Shown: in pieces, positions 10,001 to 20,900 of the stretch | Layout: each line of letters starts with the position of its first letter | How positions within the stretch are numbered: the first letter of the stretch is position 1 | Source of the DNA: an uncultured virus (IMG/VR IMGVR_UViG_3300030376_003496) | Lineage: Duplodnaviria > Heunggongvirae > Uroviricota > Caudoviricetes | IMG/VR virus record: IMGVR_UViG_3300030376_003496 | Reading direction: 5' to 3' (one strand) | Length of the DNA stretch: 64,000 nucleotides | Position numbers and translations under genes: made by a program | The notes under the pieces: generated by a model | The model's database searches: none | The model's input: only the letters and a program-made list of their open reading frames with translations | Told to the model about the DNA's origin: nothing

Positions 10001-12556
10001 GTTGCTTCGTTGTATATCCCTGATAAAGCTTATTCGGCTGGTACAGAAGTGTACACGGCTACTGGTGTTTGGAAAGCTATTACTGATATTAGAGCAGAAA
10101 CTTCTAATATTTTTTCAGCAACGGATAGTTCAGAAACGGTCACTCCCGCAGATCCGGGTCCGCCGGATTATTTATTCGGTAATAAAAACAGCGAAGCTGG
10201 GAACGGTCCGGCTCCTTATATTTGGTATCCTTACGCTATGAACGAAGCCGGAACTTCAGGAATTAAGGATACTCCCGATACAACGGGACCGGGGCGATGG
10301 TATTTCGGAGGTACAGGTGCACCCAGCACACTAGACCCGGCTACGATGACACCTTCGGTTCCAACCTCTTCTGACGAAAATCTTTTTACATGGAAAGAAA
10401 CAGTTAAAACCGCGTCTGGTATTGAAGAAGTTGAGGGTGATATTGTTTACGATCCGAATCATTCACGACGAACGTGTAAACCCCTTGCCGACTGCGGCGA
10501 CACAGATGAACCAACTTGCCCAGAGTGTGGGAGTGTAGCGGATTCTAATCCGGGGGTTAGTTTTTACACCGCCTTATGGCAGTACATGCGTCCAGTCGAA
10601 CAGATCCCTGTTCAGGACAACCGTTACGTTAACAGAGTCAAGCAGTATCTTGGGCAGTCATTAAGTGACTTCTCAAATGTTAAGTTACCTCCTCATCCTT
10701 CAGACCCTACAGATATTATTGATAAAGTGTCTGAAATTTGTGATCATCCTAGCACAGGAGGGACTAACACTAACCTTACGGGAGACGCAGCTAGAACTAT
10801 TGGTATTTTGTATGAAGATAAAGTAGCTGATGATTATTATGATGATGCTTGTGATAGCCCAAGACATGAAGATCCTATGAATACTCATGACTACGGATTA
10901 GGTAAAATTCTGTTTATTGAAAACAGTTATGCTGGATTAAATCCCGGCTATTACCGTATTCGTTCAGCTACTCGTAAGCCTTATATCACTAAGATTAGAA
11001 CACCTTTTAAGCATAGTCGGTTTGATGAAAACAGAATGCCTCACAAAATGGTGTTTACTCCTCCTACTGACACAGCAAACGCTGGGTGGAATCTTATACC
11101 AGAAGAATGGCTTATGCGTGTTAGCGGTGATGCCGAAACAAATCCCGGCCCAAAAATATTTGAAGAAGGTAAACAAGCTGAAATTAAAGCTATGGGATTC
11201 TTTAGAAATAGACTTTGGTTAGCAGGAGAAGATAAAGTATTTTCGTCTAAATTAAATGAAATTAATAATATGTGGATTGATGATCCTACTTCATTGACTG
11301 ACGAAGATCCTATTGATATTACTTGCTCGTTTAATAAATATACCGAAGTTATTTCGTTAACGCCGTTTGAAGAATATTTATTTGTAAACACTGGTTCAGA
11401 CGTTCAGTTTACCTTAAAGGGATCTGATAATCAGATTACTCCGTTTACGGCTGAAATTTCTCCTACGTCGTTTTATTCAACAGCACCTTTAGTTAACCCT
11501 GTTTTACTTGGATCGCAGATTTATTTCTTTGACAAAGAAAGACTTTATGTCTACTTTAACGATAAAACGGTTTCAATTAATAACGCTATTGAAGTAAGCT
11601 ATCACTGTCCGGGTTATTTACCTAGTGATGTGACAGAAAGTACAGTAGTTGCTCCGTACGATACTCTCTTATTTATTGACCAAGAGGATAAGAAAAATAT
11701 TTATTGTTATACAAATAGATATTCTGGTGAGCAAGTTATTCAAAATGCATTCTTTAGGTACGTATACGATAAAGAAACTGAGGCAGTTAAAAACTGGGAT
11801 AATGATATTTATTCGGTAGTTAAAAGAGAAGGTAGGTCTAGTTACAGTACTACAGCCGCTGGAGATATGATTTATCATATTGAAAGACAGCCGTACAAAC
11901 AAACTGATTTAACTATTCCTTTATTAGACCACACAAAAACTCTTATTATTACTAAAGATAATACATCCTTTGATAAAGACAAAGACGAAACTACATTTAC
12001 TTTTACTGGTTATTATAACGATGCTATTGATGGTGTTGTTGTAACTAATGGCACAAACACAAATTCAGTTCCTGTAGATGGAGAAAGTTTAGAAATTATT
12101 TCTACTACCGCAGATGCTGCTAAAAGTACTGTTGTTGTTAATGGTAATTATTTAAAGTATACTAAAGCAAAAGTTTATGTAGGAACTAAGTTTAAAACTA
12201 TTATTGAGCTTTCGCCTCAGTACTATAGAGATGAAGCAAACAATGTAGTAGATGGTATTTTATCTTTACGGACTATGCACATTAGGCACCATCAAACAGG
12301 TAACTACCGTGTTGAAGTAAGTAACAGAGGTCGCTTAACTACACCTATTGAATTTTCTAGCAAAGAAATTTCATCTAGGACAGATACGTTACCTCTTGAT
12401 TCTAATATTCTAAACGGAGAAACCGTATCAAAAATTCTAGGATTTGGAGATGAAGTAAAAATTCAATTAATATCTGATTATATTTCTCCAATGAATATCA
12501 CAAACATAGAACTAAAAGGACGATTTAACGCTACCTATAGCTCTTGGGTACGTTAA
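7091..12556 (+). CDS. Tail tubular protein B / nozzle (T7 gp12-like), enlarged to 1821 aa by insertions
   Basis: I.TLSGGVGRQAP..R...IEKRPG N-terminus; MPH, R.SGD.ETNP.P, FFRNRL and DPIDI core motifs; about 740-aa insertion at 7346-9574. Confidence 0.9.
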   Translation: MPPYDRRARQRGFNTRIPIYTLSGGVGRQAPSKRTPSESQIIDNATPTLEKSIEKRPGSTQLSCYTDIASDSLTRWGALTLPSGSGAIGKIGVLTATGAAGSSVLNFNAAAEINSTLTLKSTDGTTVTYLANEFANSGDLTESIIDFTFVDSPEPNSTITLISADGTSKVYKAKTDGTVTNGAIDGDGNVQFNNGSGKTPNEKSHNVAKNLQEAIYSAQGHNNNASTSFEFSAAAQVDETITLTSTDGTEITYIGKSSGTSGDLSGSNVLFNVGASASASATALAAAINSTNGHNAVNAKATATWTFSAGPAAGNTIQLLGTTNLGTTVSKTFKAATSGSNGDLDGSDVIFLSVTNRTTTAANLAQAINNKNAFGTTGWMVATANASAAKATATLTFTAAATENATINIIDFKGVAKLYKAVSSPSATSTDFLRGTDRVASARAFADCVNTNHANTIRASYNSSGVVTLRQEALGTDGNTAISVSLSPGWAINCTTPAAFTGGVDGGDVTVTQAFGGSYGNTTITDSAGFASACSAAPPAAFTGGTSTGVNGTKFTTSVSTAQVTISQVAEGFGSTSRVKLSAKFTDSLSTRPSARLGKLHNTIIGKTGRVVIAQCVGGDTGNKNITQSRFFPEAVNKMPTVFSRSSQTYVNTGTNADDAANHLKTAVLSPNGHNGKITGAVSTSQVTLTQNVVGKAGNTAIEYNKKFSDKLSVKPTSFSNGSDYNSILDSKNIFLLDVDGKGVSMGFDSALNKSESTSKTIGTKDVTTTALAAESIAKAINATDIGITASYTAGTSEVNLTMDKTGGNGTAIVADDTYFKISAFRGSMPTKDLFYYWFSISDDLRYLLVIDYNAMSGSEKLFYIYKVNTETGKVEDQTPPLNSENGPTQPATKVYDYITYKNESKTAREALQAITVGTSIYIVNKFVKAGFSSSDNGYLFDYAGNETSEVDYKGKEVIYYTSSLVDPEGVASLYIPDKAYSAGTEVYTATGVWKAITDIRAETSNIFSATDSSETVTPADPGPPDYLFGNKNSEAGNGPAPYIWYPYAMNEAGTSGIKDTPDTTGPGRWYFGGTGAPSTLDPATMTPSVPTSSDENLFTWKETVKTASGIEEVEGDIVYDPNHSRRTCKPLADCGDTDEPTCPECGSVADSNPGVSFYTALWQYMRPVEQIPVQDNRYVNRVKQYLGQSLSDFSNVKLPPHPSDPTDIIDKVSEICDHPSTGGTNTNLTGDAARTIGILYEDKVADDYYDDACDSPRHEDPMNTHDYGLGKILFIENSYAGLNPGYYRIRSATRKPYITKIRTPFKHSRFDENRMPHKMVFTPPTDTANAGWNLIPEEWLMRVSGDAETNPGPKIFEEGKQAEIKAMGFFRNRLWLAGEDKVFSSKLNEINNMWIDDPTSLTDEDPIDITCSFNKYTEVISLTPFEEYLFVNTGSDVQFTLKGSDNQITPFTAEISPTSFYSTAPLVNPVLLGSQIYFFDKERLYVYFNDKTVSINNAIEVSYHCPGYLPSDVTESTVVAPYDTLLFIDQEDKKNIYCYTNRYSGEQVIQNAFFRYVYDKETEAVKNWDNDIYSVVKREGRSSYSTTAAGDMIYHIERQPYKQTDLTIPLLDHTKTLIITKDNTSFDKDKDETTFTFTGYYNDAIDGVVVTNGTNTNSVPVDGESLEIISTTADAAKSTVVVNGNYLKYTKAKVYVGTKFKTIIELSPQYYRDEANNVVDGILSLRTMHIRHHQTGNYRVEVSNRGRLTTPIEFSSKEISSRTDTLPLDSNILNGETVSKILGFGDEVKIQLISDYISPMNITNIELKGRFNATYSSWVR

Positions 12557-12566
12557 TCGTTCTCCG

Positions 12567-12605
12567 GGCCGGTGTGGCTGTAATTAGCTGCACCGGCCTT
12601 TTATT
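12567..12605 (+). terminator. Intrinsic terminator
   Basis: GGCCGGTGTGGCT-GTAATT-AGCTGCACCGGCC stem followed by TTTTATT. Confidence 0.75.
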
Positions 12606-12620
12606 ACTAGGGAGACACAA

Positions 12621-14930
12621 ATGGCTTTTGACAACTTACAATTTAGATCTTGTTCTTATAATTATAACCACAATGGATTTGCAGATGATCCTTCTTTTAT
12701 TTCTCAAGCAACAAAAGATATTGGAAATGACGCTGGTAGTCCCGCAACCAATAACTGCCTTAAATTTGAACTTTCACCTTTAAACACAGTATGGAACGAT
12801 GATGTTACCGTTTCGGCGCAAGTTGAAGTATATTTCCAAGCTCTTGCTGTAGCAGATTCTAGCGGTAATACTACTGCTGATTCACCGTCGTGGTTAAGTA
12901 AAGTCCCAGTAGAACAGCGGCAGGGTTTATTCCGTCTCCCTCGGTATTACTCTGCTGATGGGTCTATTACTAAAACCGTTTATAGAGCTTATAAAGAAAA
13001 CGACGGTTTGTACTATTTGTACATCGATACAAATGTTGTCAAAGGCTTACACAAAACTACTCGTACTGATGGCTCTGTTATTTTAGGTTACCCTCCGGCA
13101 GTTCCTGAGGGGGATGCAACATTAGAAGGATCTCCTGTTACTGATCTGTACTACCCTCAGCCTACTACTAGTGATGAATTTACTATTAAAAGATTAACGC
13201 ATTCTATTACTGACTTTGTTACTTATCAGGCTGGCGGCCAGTTAACTTCTAATATTTTAAATTTCCAAAAAGAACAAGAAATGTATCTTATCCAAGAACT
13301 TCTTTGGACTATTGAAATGGATATGCTTACATTCTCAGACTTGTCTGGTCTTGGTTCTATTGTGACTGCCGGTAATGACGGCACTATCGATCCTGAACAA
13401 ATTAGATTAAGCTTGTATCAGCTTACAGATACTCAAAGTGCAGAAGGAGCTAATTCTCATGTAGTTCTTTATAAAGATCAAGTAGGCGACGATTGGACTG
13501 AAAGACAAAAGAATAACTTATTAGCCTATAACGATTTAACTGATGTTACAATTAATTCTGATACTCTTACGGGAGGTCATGTTGTATTTTATGATTCTAC
13601 TTCTGGATGGATAAACGGCACCATTAACGATGCTGCTGATTCTTGTACTGAAAAATCAGCTAGTGTTCTTAAAATGTGTGCTGATTCTGTGTCATCTAAT
13701 CAAACCGTAGGATTAAATGGTATTCTTATTAACAACGGTAGTAATACTTTTGACGTAACTTCTGATACAACTCTTGTTACTTCTAGTGGTTTAGCTAAAG
13801 TTCCTCTTACTACGCTTTCTAATGTTACAGTCCCTTCTCCATCAACTAATGATGTGTTGTATTGGAGCGGGTCTACTTGGGCTAATATAGCTGTTGGTAG
13901 TTTAACTTCGGGTATTCTTGGTCCTGCTGGTGGGGATACTTTCTTCTTTGACTTAGTTTACAACAACACAAGTGCCCCTGCTTCTGGTAAAATTATTTTA
14001 TTACAGAGTGGTGGAAGTGCTGCTACTACGTGGGCTTCAGTGGCTGAAATTCAAGTTAACACTACAGATAAAGACAGTGCAGCTATTAGTAGTTGGTTAG
14101 ATTCTTTAGACGATGGGTCCAGTGCTATTGGCGGTAACATTAAAATCTTTAATAAAGCAGCCCCTGAACAATACGGTATTTTTAATTTAACTAGCGTCAC
14201 TGGTACAAGCTCTACTCGTAGTCTCTCAGTTACTCACGTTTCGTCTAATACAAACCCTAGTGCAAATATGGAAGTCTATCTTACTATGTCATACAAAGGG
14301 GACCAAGGCGATAGAGGACCAGCAGGTACTGATGGCACAGACGGACAAGATGGTAGTCAAGGACTTCAGGGAATTGGATTCGCAGAAACTGGAGCTACGT
14401 GTCAGCTTGTAAACAGTAATCAAGATTTAAAGTTTGAATTTCCCCGTGAAAATCCCGCTGGTGGCTCTGCACTAGCCGATACTGAAGTTACTTGCACTGG
14501 TATTGGAGCAGCAGTCGGAGTAGAGATTCTTTATGTACAATCTTTCCAGATTAATCCCAGTGGGTTTGGTTTTTACAACTATGTTTTAAACACAGCCGCT
14601 GATGGATCAGGTACATCTTATAACGCTATTAACGCTATGGAAGAACATAATACTGGTGCCGCAGCTTCAAATAGAATATTTAACGGTATTACTTTTTCCG
14701 AAGCAGCGGGCGCAGGAGATTTAACTAGAATTACAGGAGTCGATACTGTAACAAACGATACTATACGTCTTTATCCTGCGGGTAATAACGCCCCTACAGA
14801 TAGTTCTAGTACTACCGCTGCTTATAAACTTCAAGTTTTATGTAAAACTCAGTCAGCAACAAAAAATTCTTTTGCTTATACTAGAATTTTTAGTGTGGCT
14901 AACGCAATTAGAACCATTCAGTGTGGTTAA
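12621..14930 (+). CDS. Tail fibre protein (T7 gp17-like attachment domain)
   Basis: I.R.T......Y..G..LT...LN....Q..Y..QE attachment motif; L.DV....G.VL.Y....W.N fibre repeats; short collagen-like GDQGDRGPAGTDGTDGQDGSQGLQG run. Confidence 0.85.
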   Translation: MAFDNLQFRSCSYNYNHNGFADDPSFISQATKDIGNDAGSPATNNCLKFELSPLNTVWNDDVTVSAQVEVYFQALAVADSSGNTTADSPSWLSKVPVEQRQGLFRLPRYYSADGSITKTVYRAYKENDGLYYLYIDTNVVKGLHKTTRTDGSVILGYPPAVPEGDATLEGSPVTDLYYPQPTTSDEFTIKRLTHSITDFVTYQAGGQLTSNILNFQKEQEMYLIQELLWTIEMDMLTFSDLSGLGSIVTAGNDGTIDPEQIRLSLYQLTDTQSAEGANSHVVLYKDQVGDDWTERQKNNLLAYNDLTDVTINSDTLTGGHVVFYDSTSGWINGTINDAADSCTEKSASVLKMCADSVSSNQTVGLNGILINNGSNTFDVTSDTTLVTSSGLAKVPLTTLSNVTVPSPSTNDVLYWSGSTWANIAVGSLTSGILGPAGGDTFFFDLVYNNTSAPASGKIILLQSGGSAATTWASVAEIQVNTTDKDSAAISSWLDSLDDGSSAIGGNIKIFNKAAPEQYGIFNLTSVTGTSSTRSLSVTHVSSNTNPSANMEVYLTMSYKGDQGDRGPAGTDGTDGQDGSQGLQGIGFAETGATCQLVNSNQDLKFEFPRENPAGGSALADTEVTCTGIGAAVGVEILYVQSFQINPSGFGFYNYVLNTAADGSGTSYNAINAMEEHNTGAAASNRIFNGITFSEAAGAGDLTRITGVDTVTNDTIRLYPAGNNAPTDSSSTTAAYKLQVLCKTQSATKNSFAYTRIFSVANAIRTIQCG

Positions 14931-14945
14931 GGAGAACGAATAAAT

Positions 14946-17900
14946 ATGTCTATTACAAATTGTCATTGCGGTAGTTGCCGAGGTGTTGGCACTTGTTGTA
15001 TTAAATACGCCGAAGGCGGTGGTTTTAATGACGGTGATTTTTCTAAACTAGGTCAATCAACACTCCAAACAAATTCGTGGTTTTTAGATACTGACGGTAG
15101 CGGAGCAAACGGTCCTCCTGTTGTTTCTTCTTTACCCTCAAGTTTGTTTGTAGGTATTGATGCTACAAATCCTATAACAAGAGTTCAGCTTTCAGCTATT
15201 GCTGATCCAAGCGGTAATGCAAACATACGTATACGTTTTAATAACTCAACAGATAGAGATCAGTTTGTAACTAACTTAAATAACTATACTGATAAAACTT
15301 TTGCTCTAGTTATAAAAGTTACTGAGTTATATACAGACAGTGATCAACCCGCTGCTCCTTATAACCAAACAGATTCTTTTAATAATAAAATTATCACGCA
15401 AACATCAGTAAATGAAATTTTAGAATATCATTGGAGTGTTGAAGATATTGTAAATACTAACTGGAGTAATAATACTTCATACGTCCAATTCAATCTTAAT
15501 TCTACTGGAGGATCAACACCTTTCCTTCAAGCGTCAACTCACGCTAGAACAACTAGAAGATGCATAAATCCTACTACTGAGTGTTTAAATGGATTAGTTT
15601 GTACTTGGGGTAAAGACCCCGAGTTTTTGCTTTCTCTTGTTGGAGTAGCAGGTCAAGCTACAGACGATTTTATTAACAGACAAGGCTCAATTTGTGCCCC
15701 TAATGAATCAGGTTGTGGGCCTGTAAGTAACCAATGTTGCACTTCTGAGGTTTCAGGATCGTGGTGTGTAGCCAATATGCCGGGGTATATTCAAGGTATT
15801 CCCTCCCAAGATGATTGTTGTTGCTGTAAATATCTTTCCCAGTCGGGTCAAACCGCATGTTGTGAGGAGTGCGATTATAGATGCTCTACTTGTCAATGTT
15901 GCGCCGGAGTAGGCGGAGACATTGACGAAGGTGGAGCGTGTGAACCTTGTACTGATCCGCAGTTTTGTTTTGACTTTATTCCTATAGGCTCTTCGCAATG
16001 CATCTGCGAAGGAGCACTTTGTAATGAAAGTCTTGGTAGTCCGTTTTGTGTAGAAGGTAGATGGGCTTTTCCTCAATGCGGGCCAGATGAATGTGAAACT
16101 CCTATTACTTTTCCAACTTCCGATTCTACTTATACTTGTTTAATTTCAAGTCCAGAGTTTTGTAAATTAAAAAACGAAGAAGCAGGGGTTGAGTGGGCTT
16201 GTTGGAGCGGAAAACAAAATTGCGATTATAAGTTACCTCCCGCAGTTGTAGAACTTACTGACTCTTGTCCTTGTTTAGATGAAATTGTACCTCCTATTAC
16301 TACTGATGATTGCGGTTGTACTAGAGATGGTAACGGTAATTTTGTATACCAGTGTAACACTGTAGGAAATTCTTGTACTCAATCATGGAGTTTAGGTACA
16401 AGTTGTACTGGTAATAATGTATTTTCTTTAGATTTTACTGACTCAAGCGGAGCAGTAAGCGATCAGTTACAGTTATTTACACAAGTTCCTTATTTTAATC
16501 AAATTAAACCAACTAAATGTGGTTGCGATACTTCTTGTCCAGACGCTAGTATTAACCTTAGTCTAGGACATTTAGATCCTTGTTTTGATTCTTTCCCCGG
16601 ATCTGAATCTTGCTGCCCTAATTGGTGTGATGGTTTGTGTCCTGTTTATCAAAACATTTCTTACAAAAAAATCCACCATTGTAATATTAGTACCACAGTT
16701 ACTGACTGTAGTACCTGCGGAGGGAGTGCTTCACCTGTTTTAATGGAAAGTGCCCCATTAAAACTTACTTTAGATTTTAACGCAAATAACGGTATTGAAT
16801 TACAAAGAGATAACGGATGGAATGATTTTGTTGCGGTGTCTCCTAATAATGAACAGCTTATTACTACAAATAACAACAACTATGAAATTCCTTCAGACGG
16901 TGTTAACAATACGTGGGAAACAATTTTTGATGTAAGTTCTTTGTTTACGTCGGATTATTTATTGTCTAGTTTATTGTTTACAAACACCAACGAACAAAAT
17001 TTTGTTTTAAATGATTTTTCTAATTTAAGTTCATTTTGGCGTATGGAAACACACTGTACTTCTTCTTTACGATACGGAATTTTTAATGATCTTCCCGGTG
17101 ACGTTGATCCAGAAACAAGTACAGTTAAAAATATTTACAATCAATTAATCGTGCCTTCTAATACTTGGGTACATGAAGGTCCAAGTTCAAATGAAAATAA
17201 TACCGTTTGGCTTAGATTGTATACCACAAATTTAAGAGGTTTATACAAAACTCCTATTAATCCTGATTGTAGCGGAGATTCTACGGTTAACCAGTATAGA
17301 TACCAGATTGATCACGTTTATCAAGGTAATTCACAATACGAAAGAGGATACGATTCTAACGATTGTATAACAAAAGAAGGAACCGATTGTACCGAAACAC
17401 AAACTTGTGTGTATTGTAACCCTTGGGAAACAATTAATAAAGCGGCTGTTGGCACTGATAGTTATCGGTGTACTAGTTATATTGACGGTAGCGGTAACCC
17501 TGTTACTCCAACCGAAGGTAGTAAACAATTTCCTATTAAGCCTTATGAGTATAGGTATGAGTTGTGGTTTGCTGGAGAAGCTGCTTCAAACTGCCGAGAT
17601 GACGGTAACGATGAAGACTATACCCCCAATTTTAAATTAGCTGCTATTGTTCGGGAAGTTGCTGATTGTTCTTCTTGTTCTATTAGTGGTTATAACACTG
17701 GTAATGAAAATCAGTATCAAACGTATAATGATACATGTAGTTCTCATTATTGGCAGTGTAACCCAAGAACTACTAAATTAGTAGCTTATGGTTTAGTAGA
17801 CGATGGAACAAGCGAACCGTGGAATCAAACACTAACGGCTAACTACGAAAACGAAGAAGGAGAAATTGTTTACATTGAACCGGGTATTGAAAGCCAAACA

Positions 17901-20900
17901 ACACCAAGAATTATTTCCTTAACTCCTAAATCAAGCGGGGCTATGAATCGTTCTACTACTGGAGATGTAACTCAAGATGCTACAACTGTTTTAACGCCTG
18001 CTTCGTCAGTTGCTTGGAACGAAGACATCTGGTATCACGCAGATCCTAAGCATTCTTTTGAAGAAGTTGGAAAAGGAAAGCCACAGGTAATGGCTAGGTG
18101 GACTGAACTTCCATTTAAAAACTACGCTAGAGATTATTTAGATGAAAGTAAAACTTTAAAAGGTTTTTATTTAACTTTATCGGCGTATCATTTAGACGGT
18201 ATTTCTAATATCGGTTATTATTTAGATGGAGCTAAAACCGGAAACGGTACTGCTTTTGTGTCAGACACTACTGAACATCCTTTAGAGCCTACAAAAGCTC
18301 AGATTGTTAAAGACGATGACGGTACTCTTTTGTCGAGCTTAAAAGAATACACGGTTGCTGTAGACACTACATCTATAACAACTGGTGTTCACGAAGTTAG
18401 AGCTAAGATTAACCCTAAAAATCACCAGTATGGTAACAGAGGAACTGCTCGGTTCTTATACGGAGAACCCCCTACGGGAGATGCTTCTGTTAATACCGCT
18501 GATTTTCTTAATCCAGCTAAAGGAACAAATAGTTATTCAGTTATTAGCGGACAAACTTGGCCTGTCAGTCAAGCTAAGTGGCCTGCTAATATTCCTGATG
18601 GGCCTTCTATTTACGACACCAATAAAAACAGTTCGTTTTCTAATAAGATGTTTGGTATTGACCGTAGCGAAAACAACCTTAATCCTATGTGGGGTGCAGA
18701 AAATTTCTGGAACCTCCATAACAAAGGTTTCCAGTATTACGCCAATGCTACTGACGCTACAAACAAAACGCAGACATTATCTTCAGAAAATAATTTTATT
18801 TTCGGTGGTACACCGCAGCAAGAATTGTTATTAAACGGTTATGAAAGTTTCTGGTTTAACTTTAACCCTACGCCCCTTACAGTGTATGTAGGACAGGCCG
18901 GAGATTCTGTACCGGAAGATAGCTCTTATTTTGCTACAAGCCTTTACGAGGCGTTCCAGTGGCTTGAGAACAACTATACGGCGGACAATGCGTCTCTTCA
19001 CGATGCTGAGATTGTTCTTATTTCGGGTACGTCTGCGTCCCCTAGAAAATACAGTTGGCCTAACACGTTTGTAGGAGAAAGTTTACCATCTTCAGTTTCA
19101 TGGTGTCAAAACGCTCTTCAAAAGAAAAGTTTTGTTATTAGGTCAGAAAACCCAGATGATAAGGAAGGCACTATTCTGTGGTTCCCTCCTGCTGTTGACA
19201 GAGTTGAAATCCCTTGGAATAATTTTGCGTTACACGTAAGAGATCTTACGGTTTATACGTCTTCTCAAAGAGGTCTTTCTGATAAGTCGTGTTTCCATTC
19301 TAACGGAACTAATTGTAGATTAATTGTTGAAAACTGCGTTTTTGCCAGTACGTGTTCTACAGGTATTAAGTCATCTGCGTTGGTGGACAGTAGTGGTGAT
19401 GTAATCTGCGGGGATACTCTTCAGAGAGCAGCCAATGGTTCGGTCACAGGTCAAATCGACTACAGCAAATGCCGTAATATTAATACTACTACCTCTAATT
19501 TAGAATGTGCTAAGACTACTGCCGACTGCGCTAGTATTACTTGCTGTGGTGCTAAGGTTACTGGAGGCTGTCAGGCATGTACGGGTGCTACCTGTACTCG
19601 CTGTAGGAAGAATTGCACCTGTCGGTCTACTGAAATTGACTGGTGGCCTTTCTTCTCTAGCGATAGTTTTGACATGGATAGCTCTGGTACTAGCTTAGAG
19701 CCTGTCATCCTGTGTGGCAATAATGATTGTACGTCTGGAGCAAGCTGGGCTTGTAAGGGTATCTTTGGAAGCGACATCGTGACCTCTAGCCCCTTTATGT
19801 GTCTTGGTACACAACCTCAGCACTGCGTTATGCTTGGTCTATTTAACCACGAATTAATGGATATGGCTCATTCTACTGAATGGAAGCTTGGCATGTACGG
19901 TAAGGATATTGAAGTTCGTGATGTCCCCGGAACCAGCCTTAAGAATCCTGTTTTAATGAAACATATTTTAGTAGATAATTATAACAAGAACTTAATTTCT
20001 GATAAAGGTCATGGAGCCATTATTGATTTATGGATTAAGAACGCCGATCCTCTTACTACGTCGTTTGTTCCTGATATGGATATCATTAAGTGGGAAGCTA
20101 TTGGCTATGATACCTATAGCTTAGAAACGGTTAAAGACTACGATCAAAACTTTGCTTCTAGTAACCCCAGAAGTGTTAGAAACTTTAACTGTTTTATTGA
20201 AAATAGAATGATGGTAAACATTAAAGTGGATAATTGTCATGCTAGAGTTATTAATATGGCAGGTCCAGCCCTTCGTTATCGAGACTTCCTTGCTAACCCA
20301 ACTGCTACTATTTCTAGTTATTCTGGTCATCACAATAACTTTGGTATGCCTAGTACTAGAAACTTTGTGTTTAAAGATTTCCATATCGAAGATAAGAAAG
20401 CATCAGATCAAGTGTTTGGTAATTTCCCAATTAACCATCTGTATATGGATAACTTTGTGGTTTCTAATCATTTAAAGAGAAACTGCGATTCTACCGCAGC
20501 TACTACAGATACTTGTAGTTACGCTGAAGATGGAGCTTTATTCCCCTTATCTAATGTTTCAATATCAACGGCTAATGCCGCGTATTTACACTACGGTAAA
20601 AAGCCTATTCAAAACCTTCGTTTAACGAATAGTTTGTTCCAAAATTTAGGGACGGGTAAATACAGTTGGAACGATACGGGAGCATTGGCTGCGTTTTCAT
20701 CTAGTGCAGACGCTAAATTCCAGAATGATATTGATTGGGGTAGTTATAAACGTAAAGCTGGTAATAACTTTATGGTACAATCACCTAATTCTGCTCTTAT
20801 CAAATATTTCTGGAACGGTACATTTGAGCCTATCATTTCTAATGTGAGGCAGCAACGATTAGATAGAGAGAATTGTACTCTTCTTCCTTTTGGAGCTACT

